Shown: piece by piece, positions 10,834-20,050 of the stretch
Position numbering within the stretch: the stretch's first letter is position 1
Layout: each line of letters begins with the position of its first letter
NCBI GenBank assembly: GCA_905182345.1
Contig: CAJJBG010000018.1
Coordinates: 6,288-70,287, forward strand
Length of the DNA: 64,000 nucleotides
From: Pelagibacteraceae bacterium AG-422-B15
GTDB taxonomy: Bacteria > Pseudomonadota > Alphaproteobacteria > Pelagibacterales > AG-422-B15
Direction: 5' to 3'
Notes under the pieces: model-generated
The model's database searches: none
What the model was told of the DNA's origin: nothing
The model's input: the letters and a program-made list of their open reading frames with translations, nothing else
Position numbers and translations under genes: made by a program

Positions 10834-11253
10834 TTATTTATTGGTCTTTTTTCCATACAACTCAAGGCGATGATCAACTAATTCAAAACCTAGTTCTTCA
10901 GCTATTTTTTTTTGAATTACTTCAATTTCATTATTAGAAAACTCATATACTTCACCACTCTCAATATCAATTAAGTGATCATGGTGAGAGTCTTGGATGG
11001 GCTCATAGCGTGATCTGCCATCTTTAAAGTCATGTTTTTCTATTGCACCATACTCTTCAAATAATTTAACTGTTCTATAGACTGTAGCAATACTGATATT
11101 TTTATCTTTTTCAGATGCCTTCATATAAATTAAATTAACATCTGGGTGACCAGCGGGGTGGCTTCCTAATTCTGTAATAATATCAGCTATCGTATTTCTT
11201 TGATCTGTCATACGTAGCCCTTTTTCTTGGCATATCTTTTTAAGATTTATCAT
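10834..11253 (-). CDS. fur: Fur-family metalloregulator
   Basis: 139 aa. Winged-helix ATVYRTVKLFEEYGAI and metal-site HHDHLID. No CxxC pairs, so it is the Cys-poor Fur/Mur type. Confidence 0.85.
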   Translation of the reverse strand: MINLKKICQEKGLRMTDQRNTIADIITELGSHPAGHPDVNLIYMKASEKDKNISIATVYRTVKLFEEYGAIEKHDFKDGRSRYEPIQDSHHDHLIDIESGEVYEFSNNEIEVIQKKIAEELGFELVDHRLELYGKKTNK

Positions 11254-11255
11254 TC

Positions 11256-11882
11256 TTAGAATGTTTTAACATAAATTGGATTTGGAATATATTTTTTTTC
11301 ATTCAAACTTATTAAAGTGATGTATGCCTTTATAAATAAGTCACTATATATAAATATATCTTCTTTTTTTAATTTATCTTTTGTCATTTTGATATATTTT
11401 CTTATTTTTGGACTATTAGAAACAACGTCACAAGCACTTAATTGTAGCTTTAATTCTGCACTTAAATTTATTAATTCTATTTCAGAATTTTTTCCTGATT
11501 TAAGTAAATCTTGGGAAAAAAAACTTGAGTTATTTAGATGTATAAATATTTTTTGCTTAGTTTTATTATTTAATTTAGCATGATGTATTTTTAAAAGATC
11601 AAATAGAGATATTCCACATACGGGGATATTTAAACTCAGCCCTAGTATCTTTGCAGTTGTAACAGCGGTTCGTACACCTGTGAAACTTCCAGGTCCATTT
11701 ATAACAATAATTTTTGATAAATTATTATAGCGCTTATTAACAGTATTTAGTATTTTTTGTACTTCTATAATAAGAGATTCAGATACTTTCTTTAAATTAG
11801 GTCTACTAATAGTAGCCAAAATATTTTTCTTATTTCCAATAATTAGGTTTAGGCCTCTTGAACAATCAATTATTAATATCAT
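11256..11882 (-). CDS. tsaB: tRNA t6A biosynthesis protein TsaB (YeaZ)
   Basis: 208 aa with GPGSFTGVRTAVTTAK, typical of TsaB. Confidence 0.85.
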   Translation of the reverse strand: MILIIDCSRGLNLIIGNKKNILATISRPNLKKVSESLIIEVQKILNTVNKRYNNLSKIIVINGPGSFTGVRTAVTTAKILGLSLNIPVCGISLFDLLKIHHAKLNNKTKQKIFIHLNNSSFFSQDLLKSGKNSEIELINLSAELKLQLSACDVVSNSPKIRKYIKMTKDKLKKEDIFIYSDLFIKAYITLISLNEKKYIPNPIYVKTF

Positions 11883-11900
11883 ATATTTGATTATGACTAT

Positions 11901-11924
11901 AGTTAGGTTTAAAGTTAAGTTTAA
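11901..11924. repeat. Tandem 12-mer direct repeat in the tsaB/deacetylase divergent intergenic region
   Basis: AGTTAGGTTTAA (11901-11912) is followed directly by AGTTAAGTTTAA (11913-11924), 11/12 identical. Confidence 0.5.
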
Positions 11925-11939
11925 TTTTTTGTTTTTAAT

Positions 11940-12977
11940 ATGTCACTATATAGATTTAAAAATAGCATACTCTTATTTTTTATAGCTTATTTTATTTTTT
12001 TGAATAATTTATTTGCTGAATCTTTCAACACCAGTAGTGCCACTGTTTTTATGTATCATCGATTTGATGAGTTCAAATACCCATCAACCAATATAAAATC
12101 TGAGCAACTTAAAAAACATTTAATATTTATAACATCTAATAAATATAATATTATTACAAACAGTACGATTTTGAGCAATATTGAATCAAATAAGCAATTT
12201 TTACCTAAAACAATAAGTTTTACAATTGATGATGCTTTCTTATCTTTCTATCAGCATGGTTGGCCTATTTTTAAAAAATATAAGATTCCTGTAACTCTAT
12301 TTATATCTACTGACGTAATAGATGAATTGCACTGGAATTATATGAGCTGGGATAATATTAGAAGCTTTATTGCAGAGGGTGGTAGTGTTGGACTACATAG
12401 TGCTAGTCATGCGCATTTACCATTAAAAAACATTGACCAAGTTGAAAATGATTTAACAAAATCAATGAAGAGATTTAAAGAGGAACTTGGATTTATTCCA
12501 GATGTTTTTGCTTATCCTTACGGAGAAGCTAGTAATGATATTCAAACATTGCTAAAAAAATTGGGAATAAAGTATGCATTTGGTCAGCATTCAGGACTGA
12601 TTCATAACAAATCTGATTTATACTATTTGCCAAGATTTTCATTAAATGAAAATTATGGAGATATTGAAAGATTTATATTTTTAGCAAATTTAAAACCATT
12701 AATAGTTGAAAACTTTATTCCAAATGAAATATTTTTAACTAAAAATAATATGCAAAATATTGAATTTGATATTTTATCTAAAATCGATATTGAACAGCTA
12801 AATTGTTTTTCTAATAGTGATGGTAGCTGGTCATCTTTGAATATTGATAGCTATACTAAAAACCGTGTTAGCTTGAAATTGGACAAACCATTTCTTTCAG
12901 GTAGAGGTAGGCTTAATTGCACGATTAAAAAAAATGATGAATGGTTATGGTTTGGACACCAGTTTACTATAAAGTAG
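11940..12977 (+). CDS. Secreted polysaccharide deacetylase (NodB-homology domain) with an extra C-terminal domain
   Basis: 345 aa. Signal-peptide-like N-terminus, NodB motifs FTIDDAF and HSASHAHL, then ~110 aa of C-terminal region with no motif I recognise. Confidence 0.8.
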   Translation: MSLYRFKNSILLFFIAYFIFLNNLFAESFNTSSATVFMYHRFDEFKYPSTNIKSEQLKKHLIFITSNKYNIITNSTILSNIESNKQFLPKTISFTIDDAFLSFYQHGWPIFKKYKIPVTLFISTDVIDELHWNYMSWDNIRSFIAEGGSVGLHSASHAHLPLKNIDQVENDLTKSMKRFKEELGFIPDVFAYPYGEASNDIQTLLKKLGIKYAFGQHSGLIHNKSDLYYLPRFSLNENYGDIERFIFLANLKPLIVENFIPNEIFLTKNNMQNIEFDILSKIDIEQLNCFSNSDGSWSSLNIDSYTKNRVSLKLDKPFLSGRGRLNCTIKKNDEWLWFGHQFTIK

Positions 12978-12978
12978 T

Positions 12979-14001
12979 TTATAAATATGCAACTTCAAAT
13001 TGTGGACTATATAATTTAGCTTTATCAAAATCTTGAAGTTTATTTTCAAAAATTATTGTTTTTAGCATTGAGGAGTAGTTAGCTCTTTCTGCATATTTAG
13101 AAAGATGGCTTGTAAGCTCAATTGCATCTATACCAATATTATTCTTTCTATATAAATTTCTAGCTAACCTAAAGTCATCATAATTGTTATTCGAATTTAA
13201 ATTTTTCATATAAGCAGCTACAGAGCCTCTAAGAGTGCTAAATATTTTTATTTCATGAGATTCTTCTGCATCTCTTTGTTCGGGAACAATTCCACTGCCT
13301 TTAAACCAACTCCACTGACCAAAAAGTGCATTGCCTTCTAAAACAAATCTAGAAGTGCCCCATCCACTCTCTAAAGCAGCTTGTGCTAAGGCAATAGAAG
13401 CAGGTATTACATCTACTTTAACAATTAATTCATCTATATTCTGTGTTTTAACTTTATATTGTTTATACATCTTTTTTAAAAAAAGTGCATTTTCTCTAGA
13501 AGTATAATCAAAAACATTATTTTTAATATCTTTGATATTCTGATTAAGCTGAACAATCTTATTATTTTCTTTAATAATTAGAGGTAAGATTGATTGAATA
13601 AATAAATTCTTTTTTTCATTTGTTGACTCAATTAAACTGAAATCGATTGGTAATTTTGAAATAATTATATCTGGAACTTTTTTTTCAATACGTACATTTT
13701 CAACAGCATATGAATACTTACTAAAAATATTTTTTAAATCATTAATATTAAATGAATCATTATTCTCTTGAAAAGTAGAGTCATAAGCTATTGTTGTCTC
13801 CTCTTTATTTAAGTCAGCATTATCATAGCTATCCATTAGATTCAGATTTTTATTTAATTCAACCTGTATATCATTATTTGAAAAAATTCTGGACTGCGCA
13901 TATATCAAAACACTTAATGCTATAAATAGTAACGAAACACCATAAGAAAAAAAGCCTATTTGATAGATGGATTTGCTTATAGTTTTTATATAATAATTCA
14001 T
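12979..14001 (-). CDS. Membrane-anchored glucosaminidase-domain protein (Bax/FlgJ-like)
   Basis: 340 aa. N-terminal TM helix, Asn/Lys-rich linker and a C-terminal ALAQAALESGWGTSRF...GNALFG motif of the mannosyl-glycoprotein endo-beta-N-acetylglucosaminidase family. Confidence 0.8.
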   Translation of the reverse strand: MNYYIKTISKSIYQIGFFSYGVSLLFIALSVLIYAQSRIFSNNDIQVELNKNLNLMDSYDNADLNKEETTIAYDSTFQENNDSFNINDLKNIFSKYSYAVENVRIEKKVPDIIISKLPIDFSLIESTNEKKNLFIQSILPLIIKENNKIVQLNQNIKDIKNNVFDYTSRENALFLKKMYKQYKVKTQNIDELIVKVDVIPASIALAQAALESGWGTSRFVLEGNALFGQWSWFKGSGIVPEQRDAEESHEIKIFSTLRGSVAAYMKNLNSNNNYDDFRLARNLYRKNNIGIDAIELTSHLSKYAERANYSSMLKTIIFENKLQDFDKAKLYSPQFEVAYL

Positions 14002-14005
14002 GAAA

Positions 14006-14569
14006 TTATATGTATTGTTCTACTGATTTTACTTCCCTAACATAGTGCTTAAGTAAATTTTCTATGCCAGTTTTCAAAGTCATTGCTGAACTGGGGCAGC
14101 CAGCGCAACTTCCTTGTAATGCCAAATAAACAACTCCATCTTTAAATTTTTTAAATTCAATATCTCCTCCATCCTGAGCTACAGCAGGTTTAATTTTTGA
14201 TATCAATAACTCTTTAATTTGTGAAACTACTTCTTTATCAGCAATATCATACTCTGTAACTTCATCGACAAGTAAATTGGATACATCTTCTTTAATAATT
14301 GATTTTCCTGAACTTAAATAGTCAGCAATTTTTGTTAGAATTGAGGCTTTTAGTTGATCCCAATCATACTTATGTTTATTTATACTGATAAAATTTGATC
14401 CAAAAAAAATTGATTCCACACCATCAATATTAAATAGGTCAGCGGCTAAATCTGAGCTTTCACAATCCTCAATAGTATTAAATTCAAAAGTTTTATCTTT
14501 CATAAATTCATGCTCTAAAATAAACTTTAATGAATTTGGGTTTGGTGTGGATTCTGTTTGTATAAACAT
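14006..14569 (-). CDS. NifU-like Fe-S cluster protein (Nfu_N + NifU C-terminal domain)
   Basis: 187 aa. MFIQTESTPNPNSLKF N-domain and the C-terminal CXXC motif GSCAGCPSS. Confidence 0.9.
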   Translation of the reverse strand: MFIQTESTPNPNSLKFILEHEFMKDKTFEFNTIEDCESSDLAADLFNIDGVESIFFGSNFISINKHKYDWDQLKASILTKIADYLSSGKSIIKEDVSNLLVDEVTEYDIADKEVVSQIKELLISKIKPAVAQDGGDIEFKKFKDGVVYLALQGSCAGCPSSAMTLKTGIENLLKHYVREVKSVEQYI

Positions 14570-14664
14570 AATTAAATATCTTTTTCTGATGTATATATAT
14601 AAATCATTAAATTAGAACAAATAGACTAAGAAAAATCTTAACTTATTGTATTATATAAATAGTT

Positions 14665-15141
14665 TTATTGAGCTCTAGATGCTAAATCTTCAATTTGTTC
14701 ACTAGATAAGTCTTCAGGAATCACAACAATTGGTATTGGTAATTTACCAGATTTTTGACCTGCAAGTAAGGTGACTAGAGGGCCAGGGTTATCACCTTTA
14801 GATGCAGCAAGTACTAAAAATCTAATTTGATCGTCTTCTTCTAAAAATTCTATTATCTTCTCACTAATAACACCTTCTTTAACAACAAGTTCAGGTGTTT
14901 GACCAGATAAGTCATAAGCAATTTTTGACCATTCTTGCAATTTTTTTTCTGCACTATCACGCGCTTCCTGTTGAATAATATCTTCTACAGATTTCCAGTG
15001 TTGTGTGTCAGCATATTCAACAACACTTAGTAAAACTAATCCACCTTTTGTACTAGAGGCACGCTTTGAAGCAAATTGAATTGCGACACTTACTTCAGTA
15101 GATTCATCTACAATAACTAAAAATTTTGACCGGTGTTTCAT
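14665..15141 (-). CDS. Universal stress protein family protein
   Basis: 158 aa. USP-like alpha/beta pattern (FLVIVDES... PIPIVVIP). 4-nt overlap with trpS. Confidence 0.7.
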   Translation of the reverse strand: MKHRSKFLVIVDESTEVSVAIQFASKRASSTKGGLVLLSVVEYADTQHWKSVEDIIQQEARDSAEKKLQEWSKIAYDLSGQTPELVVKEGVISEKIIEFLEEDDQIRFLVLAASKGDNPGPLVTLLAGQKSGKLPIPIVVIPEDLSSEQIEDLASRAQ

Positions 15142-16145
15142 TGTTTTACAAAGCCAACTATATCATATATTTCATTTAAAACTATTTCAGATTTTATCCT
15201 TGCTTTTGCAACGCCTTCAGCCATTATTTGATTTAAATTATCTCTATCACTCATTAGTTTTTTAATTTCATTTCCAATAGGTGTGATCTTTTCAATTAAT
15301 GCATCTGATAAATCTTTTTTGAAATTAGAAAAGTTTTGACCTTCATAATACATAATTAATTCATTTTTAGTTTTATCAGTAACTCCAGAAAAGATATTTA
15401 ATAGATTATTTACTTCCGGCATTAAATTAATTTCTTCCATTGATGCAGGCATATTTGTATCTGCGGTTTTAGATTTTTTTATTTTTTTTAATATCGTATC
15501 AGCATCATCTTTTAAGTTAATTCTTGAATATTCAGATACATCTGATTTACTCATTTTAGAATTTCCATCTCTTAAAGACATTACGCGTGAAATTTCTTTT
15601 TCAATAAACGGTTCAGGTAATGGGAAAAAATTTGGTGAATTATAATCATTATTAAATTTTTGAGCAATATCTCGCGTTAATTCTAGATGTTGTTTTTGAT
15701 CACTTCCTACAGGTACATGTGTCGCTTTATATAAAAGAATATCTGCAGCCATTAATGTAGGGTAAGTAAACAAACCTGAACTAACATTTTCAGAATTTTT
15801 TCCTGATTTCTCTTTAAACTGTGTCATTCGATTTAACCATCCCATTCTACAAATACAATTTAAAATCCATGCCAACTCTGCATGCCCTGAAACTTGACTT
15901 TGATTAAAAATTGTACTTTTTTGGTGATTAATTCCACAAGCTAGATATGCCGCTATAACTTCATAAGTATTATTTCGTAACTCTTTTGGGTCTTGAAAAA
16001 CAGTAATTGCATGTAAGTCTACTACACAAAATAAACTGTCATTTTCATTTTGCATTACTGCAAAATTTTTGATTGCACCTAAGTAGTTGCCAAGGTGAAG
16101 GTCTCCTGTAGGCTGTACACCTGATAAAACTACATTCTTATTCAT
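15138..16145 (-). CDS. trpS: Tryptophan--tRNA ligase
   Basis: 335 aa. HIGH-type motif TGDLHLGNYLGA and KMSKS. Confidence 0.97.
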   Translation of the reverse strand: MNKNVVLSGVQPTGDLHLGNYLGAIKNFAVMQNENDSLFCVVDLHAITVFQDPKELRNNTYEVIAAYLACGINHQKSTIFNQSQVSGHAELAWILNCICRMGWLNRMTQFKEKSGKNSENVSSGLFTYPTLMAADILLYKATHVPVGSDQKQHLELTRDIAQKFNNDYNSPNFFPLPEPFIEKEISRVMSLRDGNSKMSKSDVSEYSRINLKDDADTILKKIKKSKTADTNMPASMEEINLMPEVNNLLNIFSGVTDKTKNELIMYYEGQNFSNFKKDLSDALIEKITPIGNEIKKLMSDRDNLNQIMAEGVAKARIKSEIVLNEIYDIVGFVKQ

Positions 16146-17682
16146 TCTTTAAAAACTCCTTCTTTAAACTAGCATATGTAAAAGGTTTATAAATAGAAAT
16201 TAATACAAAATAAGTAAAAATAGAAATGACTATTATCAAAACTAATAAGCTAACTTTAATAAAAAAACTTGAAATATCCAAACTGTAATAAAAATCTTCA
16301 AAAATAAATAAGGCTATTCCTAATAAGGATGATGAAATTACTATAACTATTATAGGCGCTATTGCTTTTTTACTATGACTAAAAAGCTTAGCTGCTGACA
16401 GATGAACATATAATAAAATTACATTAAGCCAACTTGAAATTGAAGTTGCAATTGCTATTCCCAAGTAACCATAATCATTAAACAAAATGATACTTAAAAC
16501 TGTATTTGTCAGTACTGTAATAATTGCAAATATTAAAGGTGGTTTTGGTTTTTCGTTAGCAAAATATATAGGCGTTAATATTTTTGTTAAGATAAATGCT
16601 GTGAGGCCTAATGCAAAATATTTTAAGGCTAGAGCACTAGAGCTTGTTGATAGTACATCAAAACTTCCACGCTGAAAGAGTATTTCTATTATTATATTCG
16701 GAAGAAAATATAATGCTACAGAAGATGGAATTGCTAAGAGTAGAGCAAATATTATTGTTTTCTCTATTGTAAAAAATACTTCATCTGTTGAGCTATATTT
16801 TATTTGTTTAGATATATTTGGTAAAAGTGTAATGCCCAAAGCAATTCCAATAAGAGCAAGTGGTAATTGGTAAATACGATCTGCGTAATATAAGTATGAA
16901 ACTGCACCGGATTGATATGATGCAATGATAGTTCCTATTAAAATATTAATCTGTAGCAATCCTGATGAAAAAATACTAGGAACAAATAATCTGAAAAACT
17001 TTTTTAACCCATTAATATAAAATGACTTAAAAAAAAAAATTTTAATTTTATTTTTTTTAACAGAAAAAAATAGTAAAATTAATTGGAGAATTCCAGAAAT
17101 AATTACTCCATAAGATAAGCTCAATAGTATATTATATTTAGCATAGTAAGCAAAAAGAACTGATGAGCTTAAAACTATATTCAATAGAATTGGTAATGAT
17201 GCCGAGAGCGCAAACTTACTGTGTGCATTTAATATTGATGTAAATATAGAACACATAGTTATAAGAATAAGGAATGGGAAAATAATTCTTGATGCTACTA
17301 CAAGACTATCAAGTTTTTCTACATCTCGAGTAAAGCCTGGAGCAAAAATACTAACAAATGTTGGCATAAATATTTCAGCAATAATTACAATAATGCTTGT
17401 TAAAAATAATAAAATTAAAAAAACATTTCCAGCAAATATATTGGCATTCCTTATATCTGTTTGATTAATTAATTTTGAGTATATTGGTATAAATGAAGAG
17501 TTAAATGCACCTTCTGAGAAAATTCTTCTAAATGTGTTTGGCAATCTAAATGCTAGATAAAATACATCAGCTATTAGACCTGTTCCTAGGAAATTGGCAA
17601 ATATGATATCTCTTATGAAACCAAATATTCTACTGACAAATGTGAAAAATGAATATATTGCTGAAGACTTTAAAATATTCAT
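16138..17682 (-). CDS. murJ: Lipid II flippase MurJ (MviN)
   Basis: 514 aa polytopic membrane protein with a MurJ-type N-terminus (FFTFVSRIFGFIRDIIFANFLGTG). murJ-trpS linkage with an 8-nt overlap. Confidence 0.92.
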   Translation of the reverse strand: MNILKSSAIYSFFTFVSRIFGFIRDIIFANFLGTGLIADVFYLAFRLPNTFRRIFSEGAFNSSFIPIYSKLINQTDIRNANIFAGNVFLILLFLTSIIVIIAEIFMPTFVSIFAPGFTRDVEKLDSLVVASRIIFPFLILITMCSIFTSILNAHSKFALSASLPILLNIVLSSSVLFAYYAKYNILLSLSYGVIISGILQLILLFFSVKKNKIKIFFFKSFYINGLKKFFRLFVPSIFSSGLLQINILIGTIIASYQSGAVSYLYYADRIYQLPLALIGIALGITLLPNISKQIKYSSTDEVFFTIEKTIIFALLLAIPSSVALYFLPNIIIEILFQRGSFDVLSTSSSALALKYFALGLTAFILTKILTPIYFANEKPKPPLIFAIITVLTNTVLSIILFNDYGYLGIAIATSISSWLNVILLYVHLSAAKLFSHSKKAIAPIIVIVISSSLLGIALFIFEDFYYSLDISSFFIKVSLLVLIIVISIFTYFVLISIYKPFTYASLKKEFLKNE

Positions 17683-17709
17683 TTTATTTTAAATTTTAAC
17701 ATTTTAGCA

Positions 17710-17754
17710 TTATATAGGTTTTTGAATTTGAATAGCATAAAAAAACCTATATAA
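17710..17754. promoter_or_regulatory. 14-bp perfect inverted repeat with 17-nt spacer in the murJ/maeB divergent promoter region
   Basis: TTATATAGGTTTTT (17710-17723) and AAAAACCTATATAA (17741-17754) are exact reverse complements. The spacer contains tandem TTGAAT TTGAAT (17722-17733). Each arm carries a TATAAT/TATAAA-like -10 element pointing outward. Confidence 0.55.
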
Positions 17755-17776
17755 ATAAGTATCAACAATAATTATT

Positions 17777-20050
17777 ATGACAAAAAATAAAGATTCACAG
17801 CATTTTAGTGATTTAGAGGCATTACAATTTCATTCGAGTGGTAAACCTGGAAAAATAGAAATTAGACCAACTAAACCTTTATCTACTCAAAGAGATCTTT
17901 CTTTGGCTTACTCTCCAGGTGTTGCTGCACCTGTTAGAGAAATAGCTGAAAATCCAGATTCAATTTATGACTATACTATAAAAGGTAACCTTGTTGCAGT
18001 AATTACAAATGGTACGGCCATTCTTGGTTTAGGTAACCTAGGTGCTGCAGCAGCTAAACCAGTTATGGAAGGAAAGGCTGTTTTATTTAAACGATTTTCA
18101 GATATTGATTCTATTGATTTAGAAATTGACACTGAGAATACTGATGAGTTTATAAATTCTGTTAAGTATCTTGGGCCTTCGTTTGGTGGAATCAATTTAG
18201 AGGACATAAAGGCGCCTGAATGTTTTATTATTGAAGATGCTCTTAAAGAACAAATGGATATTCCTGTTTTTCATGATGACCAACATGGTACGGCAATAAT
18301 ATCAACAGCTGGAATAATTAATGCGCTAGATATAACCGGGAAAAAAATATCAGATGTAAAAGTTGTTGTTAATGGTGCTGGTGCAGCTGGCATTGCTTGT
18401 CTAGAACTTTTAAAAGCAATGGGCTTACCAAATGGTAATGCTATCTTATGTGACACCAAGGGTGTAATTCATAAAGATAGAAAAGAAAATATTAATCAAT
18501 GGAAATCTGCACACGCTATTAAAACAGATCTGCGCACATTAGAAGAAGCGTTAGTTGGTGCAGATATATTTTTAGGACTTTCTGTTGCTAATATAGTGAG
18601 CCAAAAAATGATTAAGTCAATGAACGAAAAACCTATCATTTTTGCAATGGCAAATCCTGAGCCAGAAATACTACCTGAACTTGTAAAAGAAGTAAGACCA
18701 GATGCTATTGTTGCTACCGGTCGATCAGATTATCCTAACCAAGTTAATAATGTTCTTGGTTTTCCATATATTTTTAGAGGAGCCTTAGATGTAAGAGCTA
18801 CTACAATTAATATTGAAATGAAAATAGCCGCTGCAGAAGCGATTGCATCACTAGCTAAAGAAGATGTTCCAGATGAAGTTGCTAATGCATATCCAGGAAA
18901 AAGACCACAATATGGAGCTGACTATATAATCCCATCTCCTTTTGACCCAAGACTTATATCAAAGGTTCCTTTGGCTGTTGCAATAGCAGCAATGGAAACA
19001 GGTGTGGCTAGAAAAGCCATCGTAGATACAGAAACCTATGCTGCTGAGCTTGCTGCAAGATTGAATCCTTCTGCTGGATTATTACAAAATATATTTCAAG
19101 GTATAAAAGAAAACCCTAAGAGAGTTGTTTTTGCCGAAGGGGAAGAAGAAGATATGATTCGTGCTGCGGTAATTTTTTATAACAATAAAATGGGTACTCC
19201 AATATTGATTGGTAGAGAAGAAATAATTAAAAGTAAGATGAAGGAAATTGGTTTAGATTTTTTTGATCAAATGGAGATCCATAATACTAGAAATAAAAAT
19301 ACGCATGAACGGTATGCAGATCATATTTATAATAGACTACAAAGAAAAGGGTTTTTACGAGAAGACTGTTTAGATTTATTGATTAAAGAAAGAAATGTTT
19401 TTGGTGCATGTATGGTTTCATTAAAAGAAGCTGACGCAATGATATGCGGATTAACAAGAAGTTATGCTGTAACTCTTGAAAGTGTTGAATATGTTTTAGA
19501 CCCTATACCGAATAAAAGAATTCTAGGTCTTACAGTTATGATATGTAACGGTCGAACAATATTTGTTGCCGACACTAATGTGCATGATATGCCAAATGGT
19601 GCAGAACTTGCCGACATAACAGAGCAAAGCGCTAAAGTTGTTAAAGAAATTTTTAATATTAAGCCTACTGCTGCATTATTATCCTACTCTAATTTTGGTA
19701 AACCTTTTACAGAACGCTCCGCCTATATAAGAGACGCGATAAAGATATTAAATACAAGAAATCTTGACTTTGAGTATGATGGTGAAATGGCTGCTAATGT
19801 TGCTTTAAATGAAAATTTATTAGCTCTATACCCGTTTTGTAAGTTATCAGAACCCGCAAACTTACTTATCATGCCAGCAATTCACAGTGCTAGTATTTCA
19901 ACAAAATTATTACAAGAGTTAGGTGGCGGTGATCTTGTTGGACCATATTTAGTTGGGTTCAATGAATCTGTTCAGATAGCTCCATTAAGCGCAAGTGTTG
20001 CTGATATGGTTAATCTAGCTGCGCTGGCTTGCTTTAAACAAATAAATTAA
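17777..20050 (+). CDS. maeB: NADP-dependent malic enzyme (malic enzyme + phosphotransacetylase-like domain)
   Basis: 757 aa. N-terminal malic-enzyme and NAD(P)-binding regions (VVNGAGAAG) and a ~330-aa PTA-like C-terminal domain, typical of MaeB. Confidence 0.95.
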   Translation: MTKNKDSQHFSDLEALQFHSSGKPGKIEIRPTKPLSTQRDLSLAYSPGVAAPVREIAENPDSIYDYTIKGNLVAVITNGTAILGLGNLGAAAAKPVMEGKAVLFKRFSDIDSIDLEIDTENTDEFINSVKYLGPSFGGINLEDIKAPECFIIEDALKEQMDIPVFHDDQHGTAIISTAGIINALDITGKKISDVKVVVNGAGAAGIACLELLKAMGLPNGNAILCDTKGVIHKDRKENINQWKSAHAIKTDLRTLEEALVGADIFLGLSVANIVSQKMIKSMNEKPIIFAMANPEPEILPELVKEVRPDAIVATGRSDYPNQVNNVLGFPYIFRGALDVRATTINIEMKIAAAEAIASLAKEDVPDEVANAYPGKRPQYGADYIIPSPFDPRLISKVPLAVAIAAMETGVARKAIVDTETYAAELAARLNPSAGLLQNIFQGIKENPKRVVFAEGEEEDMIRAAVIFYNNKMGTPILIGREEIIKSKMKEIGLDFFDQMEIHNTRNKNTHERYADHIYNRLQRKGFLREDCLDLLIKERNVFGACMVSLKEADAMICGLTRSYAVTLESVEYVLDPIPNKRILGLTVMICNGRTIFVADTNVHDMPNGAELADITEQSAKVVKEIFNIKPTAALLSYSNFGKPFTERSAYIRDAIKILNTRNLDFEYDGEMAANVALNENLLALYPFCKLSEPANLLIMPAIHSASISTKLLQELGGGDLVGPYLVGFNESVQIAPLSASVADMVNLAALACFKQIN

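Noticed and set aside
11889-11907. Fur-box-like sequence GATTATGACTATAGTTAGG upstream of the tsaB-fur operon
   Set aside because: It matches the 19-bp Fur consensus at only about 12/19 positions in AT-rich DNA, which is not distinguishable from chance.
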